Shown here: positions 8,646 through 19,255 of the stretch, piece after piece
How positions within the stretch are numbered: position 1 is the first letter of the stretch
How the letters are laid out: each line of letters opens with the position of its first letter
NCBI GenBank assembly: GCA_964430885.1
Contig: CAYSHM010000025.1
Location: 1-46,951 of the forward strand
DNA: 46,951 bases
Direction: 5' to 3'
Origin: an uncultured archaeon
Lineage (GTDB): Archaea > Thermoplasmatota > Penumbrarchaeia > JASLWR01
Notes under the pieces: model-generated
Database searches by the model: none
What the model was told of the DNA's origin: nothing
Seen by the model: the letters and a program-made list of their open reading frames with translations, nothing else
Made by a program: the position numbers and the translations under genes

Positions 8646-9767
8646 TCATTTGTTATCCAGTTCATATTTTTTCAACAGGTGCTTGAGTTTTTCCATGCGA
8701 TTTTCATCAAATAGATCCAGGTCGGCCTCTTCTTCCTCCATCAACTCGTCTTCAGAGTATTTACCGAAAATGTCCTGAAGCATACTTTCCGGGGCTTTGG
8801 CAGATGTTCTTTTCTTCTTTTCCACAGGGGGTTCGGGTAATTTGGCCTCTTCAGGTTTGGGTGTATCCGTCTCATTAGGCCTATCTATTACCGCCTCAGG
8901 TTCCTGTGGCGGAGGCAGGGCCATTTCATTTTCCTTGAAGACAGCCTTCTGCTTTGGCGGCAGCTTTCCCTTTATCTCCTTCTTTTCTGGGGTATTCTTC
9001 TTGGATTCTTTGACCGCTTTTTTTGCCAGATCATCTTCATAATCCTTGATATTGGCATGACAGATCGGGCACTCTTCCACTCTAGTGGAACATGAAACAT
9101 GGTATTTCTTGGTGCATGAACAGGTTATCACAGGAAGACCTGCTTTGATGAAACCCAAACAGATATTGCATCTGGCAGTTTCCGATAGTATGGTCTTTTT
9201 GGGTTTCTTTCGGGATACAATCTTCAGATCTCTGCTGTTGTCGTCCTCAACCGCTGGTTCTTCGGATATCTCTTCTGGATCTGCAAAGAAATCTTCAGCA
9301 ACTTCTCCCTGGTTCTCCTGAGGTGAAATTTCACCTTGATGGGAATAATCGGTGTTGTAATCGTAATTCTGAACCGTATAGAAATCCTGCGCCTCTCCGC
9401 TTTCATAGGGTGTTTCCGCAGCTCCGGTATAAGGTGAAGGCTGGGAAGAATTGAACACTGAGCTGGTCGGTGTCGATTGAGAAACCGCTGTAGACCCGGA
9501 ATAACTTGATTGTGATCTCTGTGTATAGTTTGTAAGGTTCTGTGCTGAATGTTGTGATTGAGTTGGGGTGTTCGGACGGTAGTTCGTATTAGGACGTGCT
9601 GCAGTTCCTACGGTTTTATTGGAGGATGTTGGGGTTTTGGCCAGTTCTACATGTGTAACTATGGAATCGTCACTCCTGTTCTTCAACCAAACTATGAACA
9701 TGATTAGAAGTATCAGGAACATAAGACAGTTCCCGACAAGGCTGACCAAAAGGAGAGTTTCCATCAC
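8646..9767 (-). CDS. Single-pass membrane protein with C4HC3 RING/PHD-like zinc finger in a low-complexity cytoplasmic region
   Basis: N-terminal TM, then S/T/Q-rich and acidic linkers, then CNIC-x12-CSC-x4-H-x2-C-x6-CPIC (9060-9170). Confidence 0.75.
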   Translation of the reverse strand: MMETLLLVSLVGNCLMFLILLIMFIVWLKNRSDDSIVTHVELAKTPTSSNKTVGTAARPNTNYRPNTPTQSQHSAQNLTNYTQRSQSSYSGSTAVSQSTPTSSVFNSSQPSPYTGAAETPYESGEAQDFYTVQNYDYNTDYSHQGEISPQENQGEVAEDFFADPEEISEEPAVEDDNSRDLKIVSRKKPKKTILSETARCNICLGFIKAGLPVITCSCTKKYHVSCSTRVEECPICHANIKDYEDDLAKKAVKESKKNTPEKKEIKGKLPPKQKAVFKENEMALPPPQEPEAVIDRPNETDTPKPEEAKLPEPPVEKKKRTSAKAPESMLQDIFGKYSEDELMEEEEADLDLFDENRMEKLKHLLKKYELDNK

Positions 9768-10125
9768 CTAATAATTGGAAAGTGAGATATAAAAAGTTAA
9801 TGACGGAATATTGCTTATTGTAAAATATCTTATTTTTAGAAAAAAATACATATGGATTTGATATTTTTTATTAATCTGGATAATGAAAAATATGAGATGC
9901 GTCTTCCTACACGATTTTACTATATTCTGCCCTTGTTTTAGTATTTAAAGATTTCGCATAAAATCATGCTTAACTGTAACTAGATGGACATATATAAATA
10001 ACAATACTACATTACAGAAAAAAGTAGATGCTCTGGCGGGGGTAAAATTGGGGTGTTTATGTCAGAGTAACTATGAATAAGCTATCAGAGGTAAATTGAG
10101 TAGTATTATCCATATAGATATCGTG

Positions 10126-10189
10126 GAGCCCTTAAGGATGACGATCTCCGCCTATACAAGAGGGGGTAGCGGATTCATCATCCCGGCCC
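10126..10189. ncRNA. Candidate structured RNA / long hairpin upstream of gyrB
   Basis: Minus strand stems GGGCC/GGCUC, GGAUGAUGA/UCGUCAUCC and UCCGC/GCGGA form a GC-rich island in an AT-rich spacer. Confidence 0.35.
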
Positions 10190-10226
10190 ATATAATTAGA
10201 AATATTTTTACAAGGTGATGTTCCAC

Positions 10227-12149
10227 ATGACAGAGGAAGGTCAAAAAGAAATTAAAAATTCAGATTATGACGCTGAAAAATTAACGATTCTAGAAGGTCT
10301 CAAGGCTGTTAGAAAAAGGCCAAGCATGTATATTGGCAGTACCGGACCCAACGGTCTTCATCATCTTGTCTATGAAGTTGTTGACAATTCCATTGACGAG
10401 GCAATGGCAGGGTTCTGCAATGAGATAACAATTATCATGCACGACGATGGATCCGTCTCAGTACAGGATAATGGTAGGGGTATACCTACTGATATCCATG
10501 CCAAACACGGTCTTTCTGGTGTGGAGATAGTTATGACAAAACTCCATGCCGGTGGAAAATTCGACGATTCCACATATAAGGTATCAGGCGGACTGCACGG
10601 AGTGGGCGTTTCTGTAGTGAATGCCCTATCTCTATGTCTGGAAGTAAAGGTCTACCGTAATGGGAACATATATTACCAGAAATTCGAAAGGGGAGATAAG
10701 GCTACAGGATTGGATATTATCGGTAAATCTACTAAGAATGGAACCTATGTTAGATTCTATCCTGACCCGGAGATTTTTGATGAAATAGTGTTCGATTACA
10801 CTACCTTGGTGAAAAGGGTAAAAGAACTTGCATTTCTAAATAAAGGTTTGAGTATATCCATAAGCCAGGAGAGTACCGGTGAGGGCGAGAAATTCCATTA
10901 TGAAGGCGGTATCAAAGCCTATGTGGAATATCTTAATAACAATAAGGTGGCCCTTCATGACAATGTTGTGTATATTGAAGATACCGAGGAGGATAACCAG
11001 GTGGAGGTGGCCCTTCAGTATAGTGATTCTTACATTTCAAATGTTTATTCCTTTGCTAATAACATTCATACCAGGGAAGGCGGTTATCATCTGTCAGGTT
11101 TCAAGGCAGGCCTCACACGTACAATAAATGCATATGCCAGGGAAAAAAATATTCTCAAGGACAGCGACCCAAATTTCCAGGGGAACGATATTCTGGAGGG
11201 CCTGACCGCCATTATATCAGTCAGATTATCAGATCCGCAGTTCGAAGGCCAGACCAAGACCAAGCTGGGTAATAGGGACCTTCAGGGAATTGTACAGAAG
11301 GTCACTCAGCAGAATCTATCAGAATTCCTTGAGGAGAATCCCCAGACCGGAGATTTGATTCTGAAAAAAGCAATAATGGCGGCTAGTGCGAGAATTGCGG
11401 CCAAGAAAGCCCGTGATCTTACCAGGAGAAAGTCGTTATTGGAATCATCATCACTTCCTGGAAAGCTTGCTGATTGTCAGAGTAAGGATCCAAAGGAATG
11501 CGAGGTTTTCATAGTAGAGGGTGACAGTGCTGGAGGGTCTGCCAAACAGGGAAGAGATAGATATTTCCAGGCGATACTTCCACTTAGGGGCAAGATACTT
11601 AATGTGGAAAAGGCGCGGTTGGATCGGATACTCAGGAATGAAGAGATACTTGCAATGCTCACCGCTCTGGGATGTGGGATAGGTGAGGAGTTCGACATCG
11701 AGAAATTGAGATATCATAAGATAATAATAATGACCGATGCAGATGTTGACGGAGCCCATATCCGCACCCTTCTGTTGACCTTCTTCTACAGATACCTGAA
11801 ACCGCTGGTCGATAAAGGTCACGTATATATTGCCAATCCACCCTTATACAGTATTAAAAAGGGGAAGGAGATCCATTATGCCTATACTGAGAAGGAGAAA
11901 GATAACATTGTTCAGGAAATGGGTGAAAGAGGGCTGAAATTACAGAGATACAAGGGTCTTGGTGAGATGAATCCTGGCCAGCTTTGGGATACCACAATGG
12001 ACAAGGATAACCGTATTCTTATAAGGATAGACGATCCCGATGCTATTGAGAGCGATAAATTATTTTCTATGCTCATGGGAGAGTTGGTGGAACCCCGGAA
12101 GAAATTTATCACAGACCATGCCCTGGAAGCAGAATACATCGACGTATGA
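10227..12149 (+). CDS. gyrB: DNA gyrase subunit B
   Basis: [65 protein letters not shown]; RBS GGTGA at 10214-10218 favours ATG 10227. Confidence 0.98.
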   Translation: MTEEGQKEIKNSDYDAEKLTILEGLKAVRKRPSMYIGSTGPNGLHHLVYEVVDNSIDEAMAGFCNEITIIMHDDGSVSVQDNGRGIPTDIHAKHGLSGVEIVMTKLHAGGKFDDSTYKVSGGLHGVGVSVVNALSLCLEVKVYRNGNIYYQKFERGDKATGLDIIGKSTKNGTYVRFYPDPEIFDEIVFDYTTLVKRVKELAFLNKGLSISISQESTGEGEKFHYEGGIKAYVEYLNNNKVALHDNVVYIEDTEEDNQVEVALQYSDSYISNVYSFANNIHTREGGYHLSGFKAGLTRTINAYAREKNILKDSDPNFQGNDILEGLTAIISVRLSDPQFEGQTKTKLGNRDLQGIVQKVTQQNLSEFLEENPQTGDLILKKAIMAASARIAAKKARDLTRRKSLLESSSLPGKLADCQSKDPKECEVFIVEGDSAGGSAKQGRDRYFQAILPLRGKILNVEKARLDRILRNEEILAMLTALGCGIGEEFDIEKLRYHKIIIMTDADVDGAHIRTLLLTFFYRYLKPLVDKGHVYIANPPLYSIKKGKEIHYAYTEKEKDNIVQEMGERGLKLQRYKGLGEMNPGQLWDTTMDKDNRILIRIDDPDAIESDKLFSMLMGELVEPRKKFITDHALEAEYIDV

Positions 12150-12185
12150 AGATTATGAATATTACCCCATTAAGGAGAAAGTAAT

Positions 12186-15131
12186 ATGACAGATATTAAT
12201 GAACTGATAAAGGAGAGGCCAGCCATTCACCCTCTGGATATAATCAAGGAGATGAAGAGCAGCTATCTGGATTATTCAATGAGCGTTATTGTGGGCAGGG
12301 CCTTACCCGATGCAAGGGACGGATTGAAGCCGGTACACAGACGAGTTCTGTATGCCATGCACAAATCAGGCTTATATCATAACAAATCCTATAGAAAATC
12401 CGCAAGAGTAGTGGGTGATGTTATGGGTAAATATCATCCTCACGGAGATTCTGCTATCTATGATACCATAGTAAGAATGGCCCAACCCTACTCCTTGAGA
12501 TATACCCTTATCGACGGTCAAGGGAACTTCGGATCCATAGACGGGGATCCTCCTGCGGCCATGCGATACACCGAATGCCGATTGGACCGGATATCAACCA
12601 CCATGCTGGAGGATATAAATAAGGAAACAGTGGATTTTTCCCCCAACTATGACGGAACCCTCGAAGAACCCGGTATTTTACCTTCAAAACTGCCCAACCT
12701 ATTGGTCAATGGTTCTTCAGGTATCGCAGTGGGCATGTCCACAAATATGGCACCTCACAATTTAAGGGAGGTCTGTTCTGGCATAATTGCCCTTCTGGAT
12801 GACCCCTTGCTTACCTCACTGGATCTAATGGACCACATTAAGGGACCCGATTTCCCCACAGGCGGTATAATATATGGCAGAAGTGGAATACTGAAAGCGT
12901 ATCAGGAAGGAAGAGGTAAAGTTAAGGTAAGGGCAAAGTACCATATAGAGGAAGGAGAAAACAAACGAAATAGTATTGTCATAACTGAGATACCCTATCA
13001 GGTCAAGAAGGGGCCTCTTCTTGAAAAGATTGCCAAGCTGATTAGGGATAAGAAGGTAGAGGGTGTGAGAGATCTTCGGGATGAGTCGGATAAGGATGGT
13101 ATGAGGGTTGTGATCCTACTAAAGAGAGGTGCTATGGAGGAGGTTGTAATGAACAATCTCTTCAAACATTCCGCACTTCAAAGCACCTTCGGAATCATCA
13201 ACCTTGCTCTGGTGAACGGAAGACCTCGCGAACTCACCCTTAAAAGGCTTCTTGAAATATTTATCCATCATAGGATTGAAGTAATCGAGAGGCGGACAAT
13301 ATTTGATCTTAGAAAGGCTCAGCAAAGGGCGCATCTATTGGAGGGTTACCTTGTCGCTCTTGATGAGATCGATCTAGTACTGCAGATAATCAGAGCATCC
13401 AAGAACAAGGATGAAGCCTTGAAAAATCTCATGACCCAGGAATTTGGAATGGGCGAAAATCTTAAGAAATTGCTCCAGGATGTAGAATCAAGCCTGGAAG
13501 CAGCCAGAGAGGAATCTGATAGGGACCTGGATGATGTTCTTCTTGAGTTCGGAAATCCCGATAAGGCGAGGTATTCACTGGAAGAAGGCAATATTTGGCT
13601 GACCGAAGAACAGGCCGATGCAATCCTGAAAATGAGGCTTCACCGACTGACGTCAATGGAGCGCGAGGATATTTATAAGGAATTTGCCGAACTCCAAGCA
13701 ATGATAAGGCGTTTCATCGAGATACTCGGATCCGAGGAGGAGATCAAGGATATAATCAGGACTGAAACCCGGGAACTGTCTGATGTCTACGGGGATGATA
13801 GAAAGACCGAGATAAACGAGAACGTCCTTGACCTTGACGAGGAGGATCTGATACCTGTAGAGACCAATGTTATAACAATAACACAGGGCGGATATATCAA
13901 ACGAATGCATATCGATACCTACAAGCAGCAGAGAAGGGGTGGGAAGGGATTGATAGGGATGCGTACGAAGGATGAAGATTGTGTCATGGATACATTCATC
14001 ACTTGTTCACATGATTATGTGCTGTTCTTCACCAGCTACGGAAGGGTTTTTAAATTAAAGGGCTATCAGATCCCGCCCGCAGGCAGATACTCAAAGGGCA
14101 AGGCCATTATTAATCTCCTACCCAGATTGGAGGACGGTGAAAAGGTAGTAACAACCATCCCAGTATCGGATTTTGATGAGGAGCATTATCTCGTGTTCGT
14201 AACAAAAAAAGGCTTGATAAAGAAGACCGAGCTTTCGGATTATATGCACATATCCAGGGCCGGAATCAAAGCGGTGGGATTATGGGAGGGTGACGAGCTG
14301 ATTGAGGTGAAGTACTCTCATGGCGATATGGAAGTATTCATAGGCACCCGGAAGGGCCAGGCAATCAGGTTCCATGAATCCCAGGTTAGGTCCATGGGGA
14401 GGGCTGCTCACGGAGTCAGGGGCATCAGGCTCCATGAAGACGACGAGGTTGTGGCAATGGCACTTATTCCTTCAAAAGAAATAATCGCTCCTGAGGGATT
14501 GGAAGATGAGGATTACTTTGATGACGATAACCGGGATGAAGTTGAAGATGATTATGCCGGGGAAGTACCTGATTCTTCTGTGTATGATGAATTTGGAGAA
14601 TTCATACCTCAGACCGAGGGAGATCTTCCTACATTGCTGACGATAACCTGTAACGGTTATGGAAAACGTAGTTATCCTGCCTACTATAGGAAGACCCGAA
14701 GAGGTGGGAAGGGAGTGATCACCATAAAAGCCGATGAACGGAATGGGGATGTGGTATCGCTGAAAGTGGTATACCCTGACCAGGAGCTTCTTTTATCCAG
14801 TGTTAGTGGAATGATAATCCGGATCCCGGTTTGCGGAATATCCGTAATTGGACGAAATACCAAAGGCGTTACCGTCATGCGGTTAGATGAAGATGATCAG
14901 GTAACTTCAGTTGCCGTATTATCCCCCGAGGATCTTCAGAATGGAGAAGCTGAGAATGGGGAGAACGGTACTGACGGTCAAGACGAATGCATTGTCCCTT
15001 TCGAAGTAATGATTGAGGGAACCGATAGTGAAATTACCAGCGAAAATTATTCTGTAGATAAGGTTGACGCTGACGAGGATGTCGTAGAGGATGCCTTAGA
15101 GGAAGATGGTGAAATAGAGAATTTGGAATAG
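12186..15131 (+). CDS. gyrA: DNA gyrase subunit A, with two insertions and a long acidic tail
   Basis: [21 protein letters not shown], catalytic AMRYTE, GyrA box QRRGGKG, beta-pinwheel repeats. Confidence 0.98.
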   Translation: MTDINELIKERPAIHPLDIIKEMKSSYLDYSMSVIVGRALPDARDGLKPVHRRVLYAMHKSGLYHNKSYRKSARVVGDVMGKYHPHGDSAIYDTIVRMAQPYSLRYTLIDGQGNFGSIDGDPPAAMRYTECRLDRISTTMLEDINKETVDFSPNYDGTLEEPGILPSKLPNLLVNGSSGIAVGMSTNMAPHNLREVCSGIIALLDDPLLTSLDLMDHIKGPDFPTGGIIYGRSGILKAYQEGRGKVKVRAKYHIEEGENKRNSIVITEIPYQVKKGPLLEKIAKLIRDKKVEGVRDLRDESDKDGMRVVILLKRGAMEEVVMNNLFKHSALQSTFGIINLALVNGRPRELTLKRLLEIFIHHRIEVIERRTIFDLRKAQQRAHLLEGYLVALDEIDLVLQIIRASKNKDEALKNLMTQEFGMGENLKKLLQDVESSLEAAREESDRDLDDVLLEFGNPDKARYSLEEGNIWLTEEQADAILKMRLHRLTSMEREDIYKEFAELQAMIRRFIEILGSEEEIKDIIRTETRELSDVYGDDRKTEINENVLDLDEEDLIPVETNVITITQGGYIKRMHIDTYKQQRRGGKGLIGMRTKDEDCVMDTFITCSHDYVLFFTSYGRVFKLKGYQIPPAGRYSKGKAIINLLPRLEDGEKVVTTIPVSDFDEEHYLVFVTKKGLIKKTELSDYMHISRAGIKAVGLWEGDELIEVKYSHGDMEVFIGTRKGQAIRFHESQVRSMGRAAHGVRGIRLHEDDEVVAMALIPSKEIIAPEGLEDEDYFDDDNRDEVEDDYAGEVPDSSVYDEFGEFIPQTEGDLPTLLTITCNGYGKRSYPAYYRKTRRGGKGVITIKADERNGDVVSLKVVYPDQELLLSSVSGMIIRIPVCGISVIGRNTKGVTVMRLDEDDQVTSVAVLSPEDLQNGEAENGENGTDGQDECIVPFEVMIEGTDSEITSENYSVDKVDADEDVVEDALEEDGEIENLE

Positions 15132-15468
15132 GTTTAGGAATAAATATTTAAAATACGCCTTTTTAGATGAATGTCCAATCAACATCATATGAACTGAGAA
15201 CCAAGGCGGCAGTTATTGGTCTAGTTTTATTTCTATTCTTGTTGAGGGAGATAACGTATTCATCGATAAAACGGATCTTGAGACTAAGGTCTATACGTTT
15301 TAAACCAATATTTTTTCTCCTGCTAAACGAATGGCCTCGTGGACATTCTTCTATTCGGGAAAAACGTGAAATGGCATTATATGTTCAGAATAATGAAAAT
15401 TTTTTGCCGTAATCGTTAAGAAATCATTAAATCCAACTTTCCTTATGGGTTAACAGAGAGGTATTCAG

Positions 15469-16581
15469 TTGAAAGGAAACATAAACTGCTCTTCCAGTAA
15501 ACCTACAAAAGGCAAGTCCGATCTACAGCCTTCACATTTATGTTCGAGGTTCGAAAGCATAGGTATAAGTCTTCCAGAAAAATCACTTTCCACTGACAAT
15601 CTGATGAAGAAAATGAAGCATAAGACCAATATCGATCTAGAAAGACTGACTGGAATTGAAGCGCGTAGAGTATGCGGTAAGAACGAGGACAGCTATATGC
15701 TTGCTTTGAGTGCTGCTATGGATTGTCTTGAGCATTCAAGATACAAGTCTAAGGACCTGGAGATCATAATAGTCTGTTCCATAACTCGATACAAGGGTGA
15801 ATTCAATCACGTTTACGAACCGCCCCTGTCGCTGTATCTAAAGGAGGAGCTCGGAGCCCACGGAGCCATGAACTTCGATATCTCCAATGCCTGCGCTGGA
15901 ATGATGACAGGTGTGTACATTCTCAACAACTTCATTACAAGAGGAGTGGTAAAGAGAGGAATGGTGGTCAGCGGAGAGTATATAACTCATCTGTCTGAGA
16001 ACGCAGCTCACGATGTAAGAACCATTGCCAGCAGACAGTTGGCCTCACTTACCGTGGGCGATGCGGGTGCCGCTGCAATTATTGAGGGCTGTGGTACGAA
16101 AGATGGAGGTTTAACAGTATCCCATTTCACAACCCTAGCTAAATACAGCAGACTTTGTATAGGAAAACCCTGCGGTAAACGGCCTGGTGCGGTAATGAGG
16201 ACAAGAGCCCGCAAGATTCACAAGGTGGCCATATCGGATTCACCGCCTATATTGAAAGAGGCTCTGAGAGACAGCGGAATAGGTTACGAGGATATTGATT
16301 ATGTAATCCCCCATCAAACCTCCGAACGGGCAATTCATTCAGGCGCAAAACACCTATCAGCGTATTTCGGGGGGATGCCTAAAAACATAGTTATCAATCT
16401 CAAAGACTATGGCAACACCGCATCCACGACCCACTTTCTCGCCATGTACCGATATCTCGAGGAAGGGCGCTTCAAAGAAGGTGACAGGATCATGCTGATA
16501 TGTTTCGCCTCGGGACTTGTCATAGGAGTAGTAATTTTTACAATGGACGGAATGGTTGAACAATATGGGAGCAATAATTGA
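15469..16581 (+). CDS. KAS-III/OleA-family condensing enzyme, LstA/NltA-like (catalytic subunit)
   Basis: Triad Cys (DISNACAG), His (PHQTS), Asn (YGNTAS); YEPP motif; TTG start after a GAGGT RBS. Confidence 0.85.
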   Translation: MKGNINCSSSKPTKGKSDLQPSHLCSRFESIGISLPEKSLSTDNLMKKMKHKTNIDLERLTGIEARRVCGKNEDSYMLALSAAMDCLEHSRYKSKDLEIIIVCSITRYKGEFNHVYEPPLSLYLKEELGAHGAMNFDISNACAGMMTGVYILNNFITRGVVKRGMVVSGEYITHLSENAAHDVRTIASRQLASLTVGDAGAAAIIEGCGTKDGGLTVSHFTTLAKYSRLCIGKPCGKRPGAVMRTRARKIHKVAISDSPPILKEALRDSGIGYEDIDYVIPHQTSERAIHSGAKHLSAYFGGMPKNIVINLKDYGNTASTTHFLAMYRYLEEGRFKEGDRIMLICFASGLVIGVVIFTMDGMVEQYGSNN

Positions 16582-17506
16582 TTCTGTGGCTTTTGCCAAG
16601 CCAGGTCTTAATCCCTTCAGAAAAGGATCTGTTGACCTTGAGATGAAAGCGGGTAAAAAATGTCTGCGCAGAGCAAAACTTTCAGCTAATGATCTTGAAG
16701 TGATAATCAATGCGGGTGTATACCGAGACAAACACATCGGTGAACCATCTATCGCGAGTTTTTTACAGCGCAGAATGGGCGCAAACAATCTCTATAAAGG
16801 CGTAAGTCGTACCTTTTCATTCGACTTGAATAATGGTGGGTGTGGATTCCTTACCGGGATACGTTTGGTAAACGGATTCATTGAATCAGGGACCATAGAA
16901 TGCGGTATGGTAGCTGCTGGAGACGTAAATTCGGACGGTAAGACATCAATCGGGTTCGACCTGTCCCCTTCCGCTGCAGCCATCATCTTATCAAAGGGAA
17001 GCAAAAAACGTGGATTTTTAAGTTTTCACAGCGAAACATTTCCAGAACAAATAAACTTGTTCAAGGGGGAATTGAAATGGGAAGGGGGAGGATTAGAAAG
17101 TGGAAAAAGACCAACTAGATGGCGCAGCGGCAATAGATTGAGAATAACAATGAGCAGTAAATATGCTCGATTGTGCTCAGAGTGCTCGGCTTTGGCTCTT
17201 ATTAAATTCCTCAAACAGCTCTCCCTGAAACTGGAGGATATCGATTTGATAATTCCCTCTCAATATCCGGAAAATTACCCCGCTCTGTTATCCGAAATTA
17301 CGGTTATGAAGGGTATGAAAGGAAAAATATTGGCTGCTTCCAAACTTCTAGGTAATCCTCATACAGCCGGAATCGGGGGGGCATTGGATATTGCATTTAA
17401 GGAGGGTAGATTTCAGAAGGCGAAAAATGTTATATTTCTGTCAGTAGGCTCTGGAATCACCATCGCACTTGCTTATTACAGGAACGGGGTCAACCAAAAA
17501 CAATGA
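16565..17506 (+). CDS. Degenerate KAS-III partner, LstB/NltB-like
   Basis: Same fold (INAGVYRDKHIGEPSIA, FDLNNGGCGF, GNPHTAG, VGSGIT) but the canonical Cys position is Gly and the His is Ser (IPSQ); start overlaps the end of the upstream gene. Confidence 0.75.
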   Translation: MGAIIDSVAFAKPGLNPFRKGSVDLEMKAGKKCLRRAKLSANDLEVIINAGVYRDKHIGEPSIASFLQRRMGANNLYKGVSRTFSFDLNNGGCGFLTGIRLVNGFIESGTIECGMVAAGDVNSDGKTSIGFDLSPSAAAIILSKGSKKRGFLSFHSETFPEQINLFKGELKWEGGGLESGKRPTRWRSGNRLRITMSSKYARLCSECSALALIKFLKQLSLKLEDIDLIIPSQYPENYPALLSEITVMKGMKGKILAASKLLGNPHTAGIGGALDIAFKEGRFQKAKNVIFLSVGSGITIALAYYRNGVNQKQ

Positions 17507-17515
17507 GGTGAATCA

Positions 17516-19159
17516 TTGGGAGCACCCTCGCATATTACCGGGTACAGGCATATAGCTGAACTACTTTCTCGAACGGTGGACCTTTACGGCCCCAGAATGG
17601 CGATTATAATTCCTGAAAGCAACAAATCAGTTACATTTGCCCAGCTCCAGTCATTGATTAACCGCTACAGCAGCGGATTGATAGACTTGGGTATCAAGAA
17701 GGGTATGAAGACAATTATAATGCTCAGGCCAGGGCCTGAATTCTTAGCCGTAGTCTTCGCTCTTCTGAGAATAGGTGCCGTTCCTGTAATGATAGACCCG
17801 GCTATGGGAACCCGAAAGATGGCTGTGGCTTTGAATTGTGTGAAGGCGGAGGCATTCATAGGCATTTCACGGGCCCACCTTCTTCGGTTGTTCTATCCCT
17901 CCTGTTTCAAGGAAGTAAAAATAAAAATAACACACGGGAGGAGATGGTTCTGGGGGGGAGAAAAGCTGCGTGATGTCGGAAAAGTAAAAGGGAGGCTTCA
18001 GACGAATAACGATGATCGTCCCTTCGTCTATAATGAAACTGCGGCAATCTTCTTTACAAGCGGAAGCACAGGCGTACCCAAGGGTGTGGAGTACACCCAC
18101 AGAATGTTCCTTGCCCAAATAGACCTCATGAGCTCCCATTACCAATTTGGAAAAGGAGCGAAGGACCTCACTACTTTTCCCCTTTTCTCTCTTTTCGATG
18201 CAGCTTTAGGGGTTACATCAGTGCTTCCGAGCATGGATTTCTCACACCCGGGGAGTGCAGATCCCAAAAAGATTATCGATGCAGTATCACGCTACGGCAC
18301 CACCCACATGTTCGCTTCACCTGCCATACTCAGGATACTCACTGGTTATGCTGGTAAAATCGGAGACCGATTAAAGACTCTTAGAATTGTCATCACAGGG
18401 GGGGCCCCGGTTGACATCCCTCTGCTAAGAAACGTTGGTAATATACTCCCGACAGAAGCCCGTATTCATGTTACTTACGGAGCTACGGAAGCCCTCCCCA
18501 TGACCGATGTTATAGCCTCTGACATCCCTCAGGATCAAGAGGAAGTGACCTCAAAAGGTGGCGGAATCTGTGTAGGACGACCACTACCGGGAGTGGACAT
18601 GAAGATCATACGAATCACCGACACAGCCATTGACCAATGGAATGATGACTTGGAGCTTCCTATGGGTGAGACTGGTGAAATTATTGTAAAAGGCAGGCTG
18701 GTGTCAGAGAGCTATTTCAAGATGCCGAAGATCAATTCCTTATCAAAAATACCCTGCCATAATGGCTCAAGATGGCACAGAACTGGTGATATGGGGTGGA
18801 TTGACAATTATGGATTCCTGTGGATCTGCGGAAGGAAATCCCAGAGGGTGATCACAAATGAAACCACCCTGTTCACTGTGGCCTGCGAAGGGATCTTCAA
18901 CAGACACCCAATGGTCGCAAGGACCGCACTCGTGGGCGCGAATAGGGGCGAAAGAACAATACCCGTATTGTACGTTGAGACCAAGGGTCGTACGGATAAA
19001 AAAAAGATTATAGCCGAGCTGATGGAATTGGGAGATGTACACGAACATACCAAGAATATTAATAAATTTGAATTCATTAAGAGATTTCCCATGGATGTTA
19101 GGCATAATTCCAAAATCAACCGGGAAAAACTGGCCTCAAGGCTGAAACGTTTCAAATAG
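17516..19159 (+). CDS. oleC: Adenylate-forming enzyme, OleC/LstC/NltC-type beta-lactone synthetase
   Basis: FTSGSTGVPKG, YGATEALP, HRTGD, CGRKSQRV and C-terminal FPMDVRHNSKINREKL (OleC-type DxRHNxKI); RBS GAGGTGA. Confidence 0.85.
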   Translation: MGAPSHITGYRHIAELLSRTVDLYGPRMAIIIPESNKSVTFAQLQSLINRYSSGLIDLGIKKGMKTIIMLRPGPEFLAVVFALLRIGAVPVMIDPAMGTRKMAVALNCVKAEAFIGISRAHLLRLFYPSCFKEVKIKITHGRRWFWGGEKLRDVGKVKGRLQTNNDDRPFVYNETAAIFFTSGSTGVPKGVEYTHRMFLAQIDLMSSHYQFGKGAKDLTTFPLFSLFDAALGVTSVLPSMDFSHPGSADPKKIIDAVSRYGTTHMFASPAILRILTGYAGKIGDRLKTLRIVITGGAPVDIPLLRNVGNILPTEARIHVTYGATEALPMTDVIASDIPQDQEEVTSKGGGICVGRPLPGVDMKIIRITDTAIDQWNDDLELPMGETGEIIVKGRLVSESYFKMPKINSLSKIPCHNGSRWHRTGDMGWIDNYGFLWICGRKSQRVITNETTLFTVACEGIFNRHPMVARTALVGANRGERTIPVLYVETKGRTDKKKIIAELMELGDVHEHTKNINKFEFIKRFPMDVRHNSKINREKLASRLKRFK

Positions 19160-19255
19160 GGCAAATATGGGCTAAAATTTTCCAATTCATACAATTGAAT
19201 ATCTAATATAAGCATTAAAGTCTGGTAATCGAACTTTAGATGCGGAGAGAATATC

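Noticed and set aside
10123-10189. tRNA-Thr(UGU)-like reading of the hairpin (CCCCU-CUUGUAU-AGGCG, GAGAUC)
   Set aside because: No D arm or T arm; kept only as a generic hairpin.
9768-10214. Replication origin in the AT-rich spacer with G-strings
   Set aside because: No repeated ORB consensus (TTCCAGTGGAAAC-like) and no orc1/cdc6 nearby.
10227-15131. Inteins in gyrB/gyrA
   Set aside because: The GyrA insertions are only about 50 aa and lack N-terminal Cys/Ser and C-terminal His-Asn splice motifs; GyrB is normal length.
15167-15412. 81-aa ORF between gyrA and the KAS-III gene
   Set aside because: No RBS or motif, no acyl-carrier-like Ser motif or acidic composition; probably non-coding promoter region.
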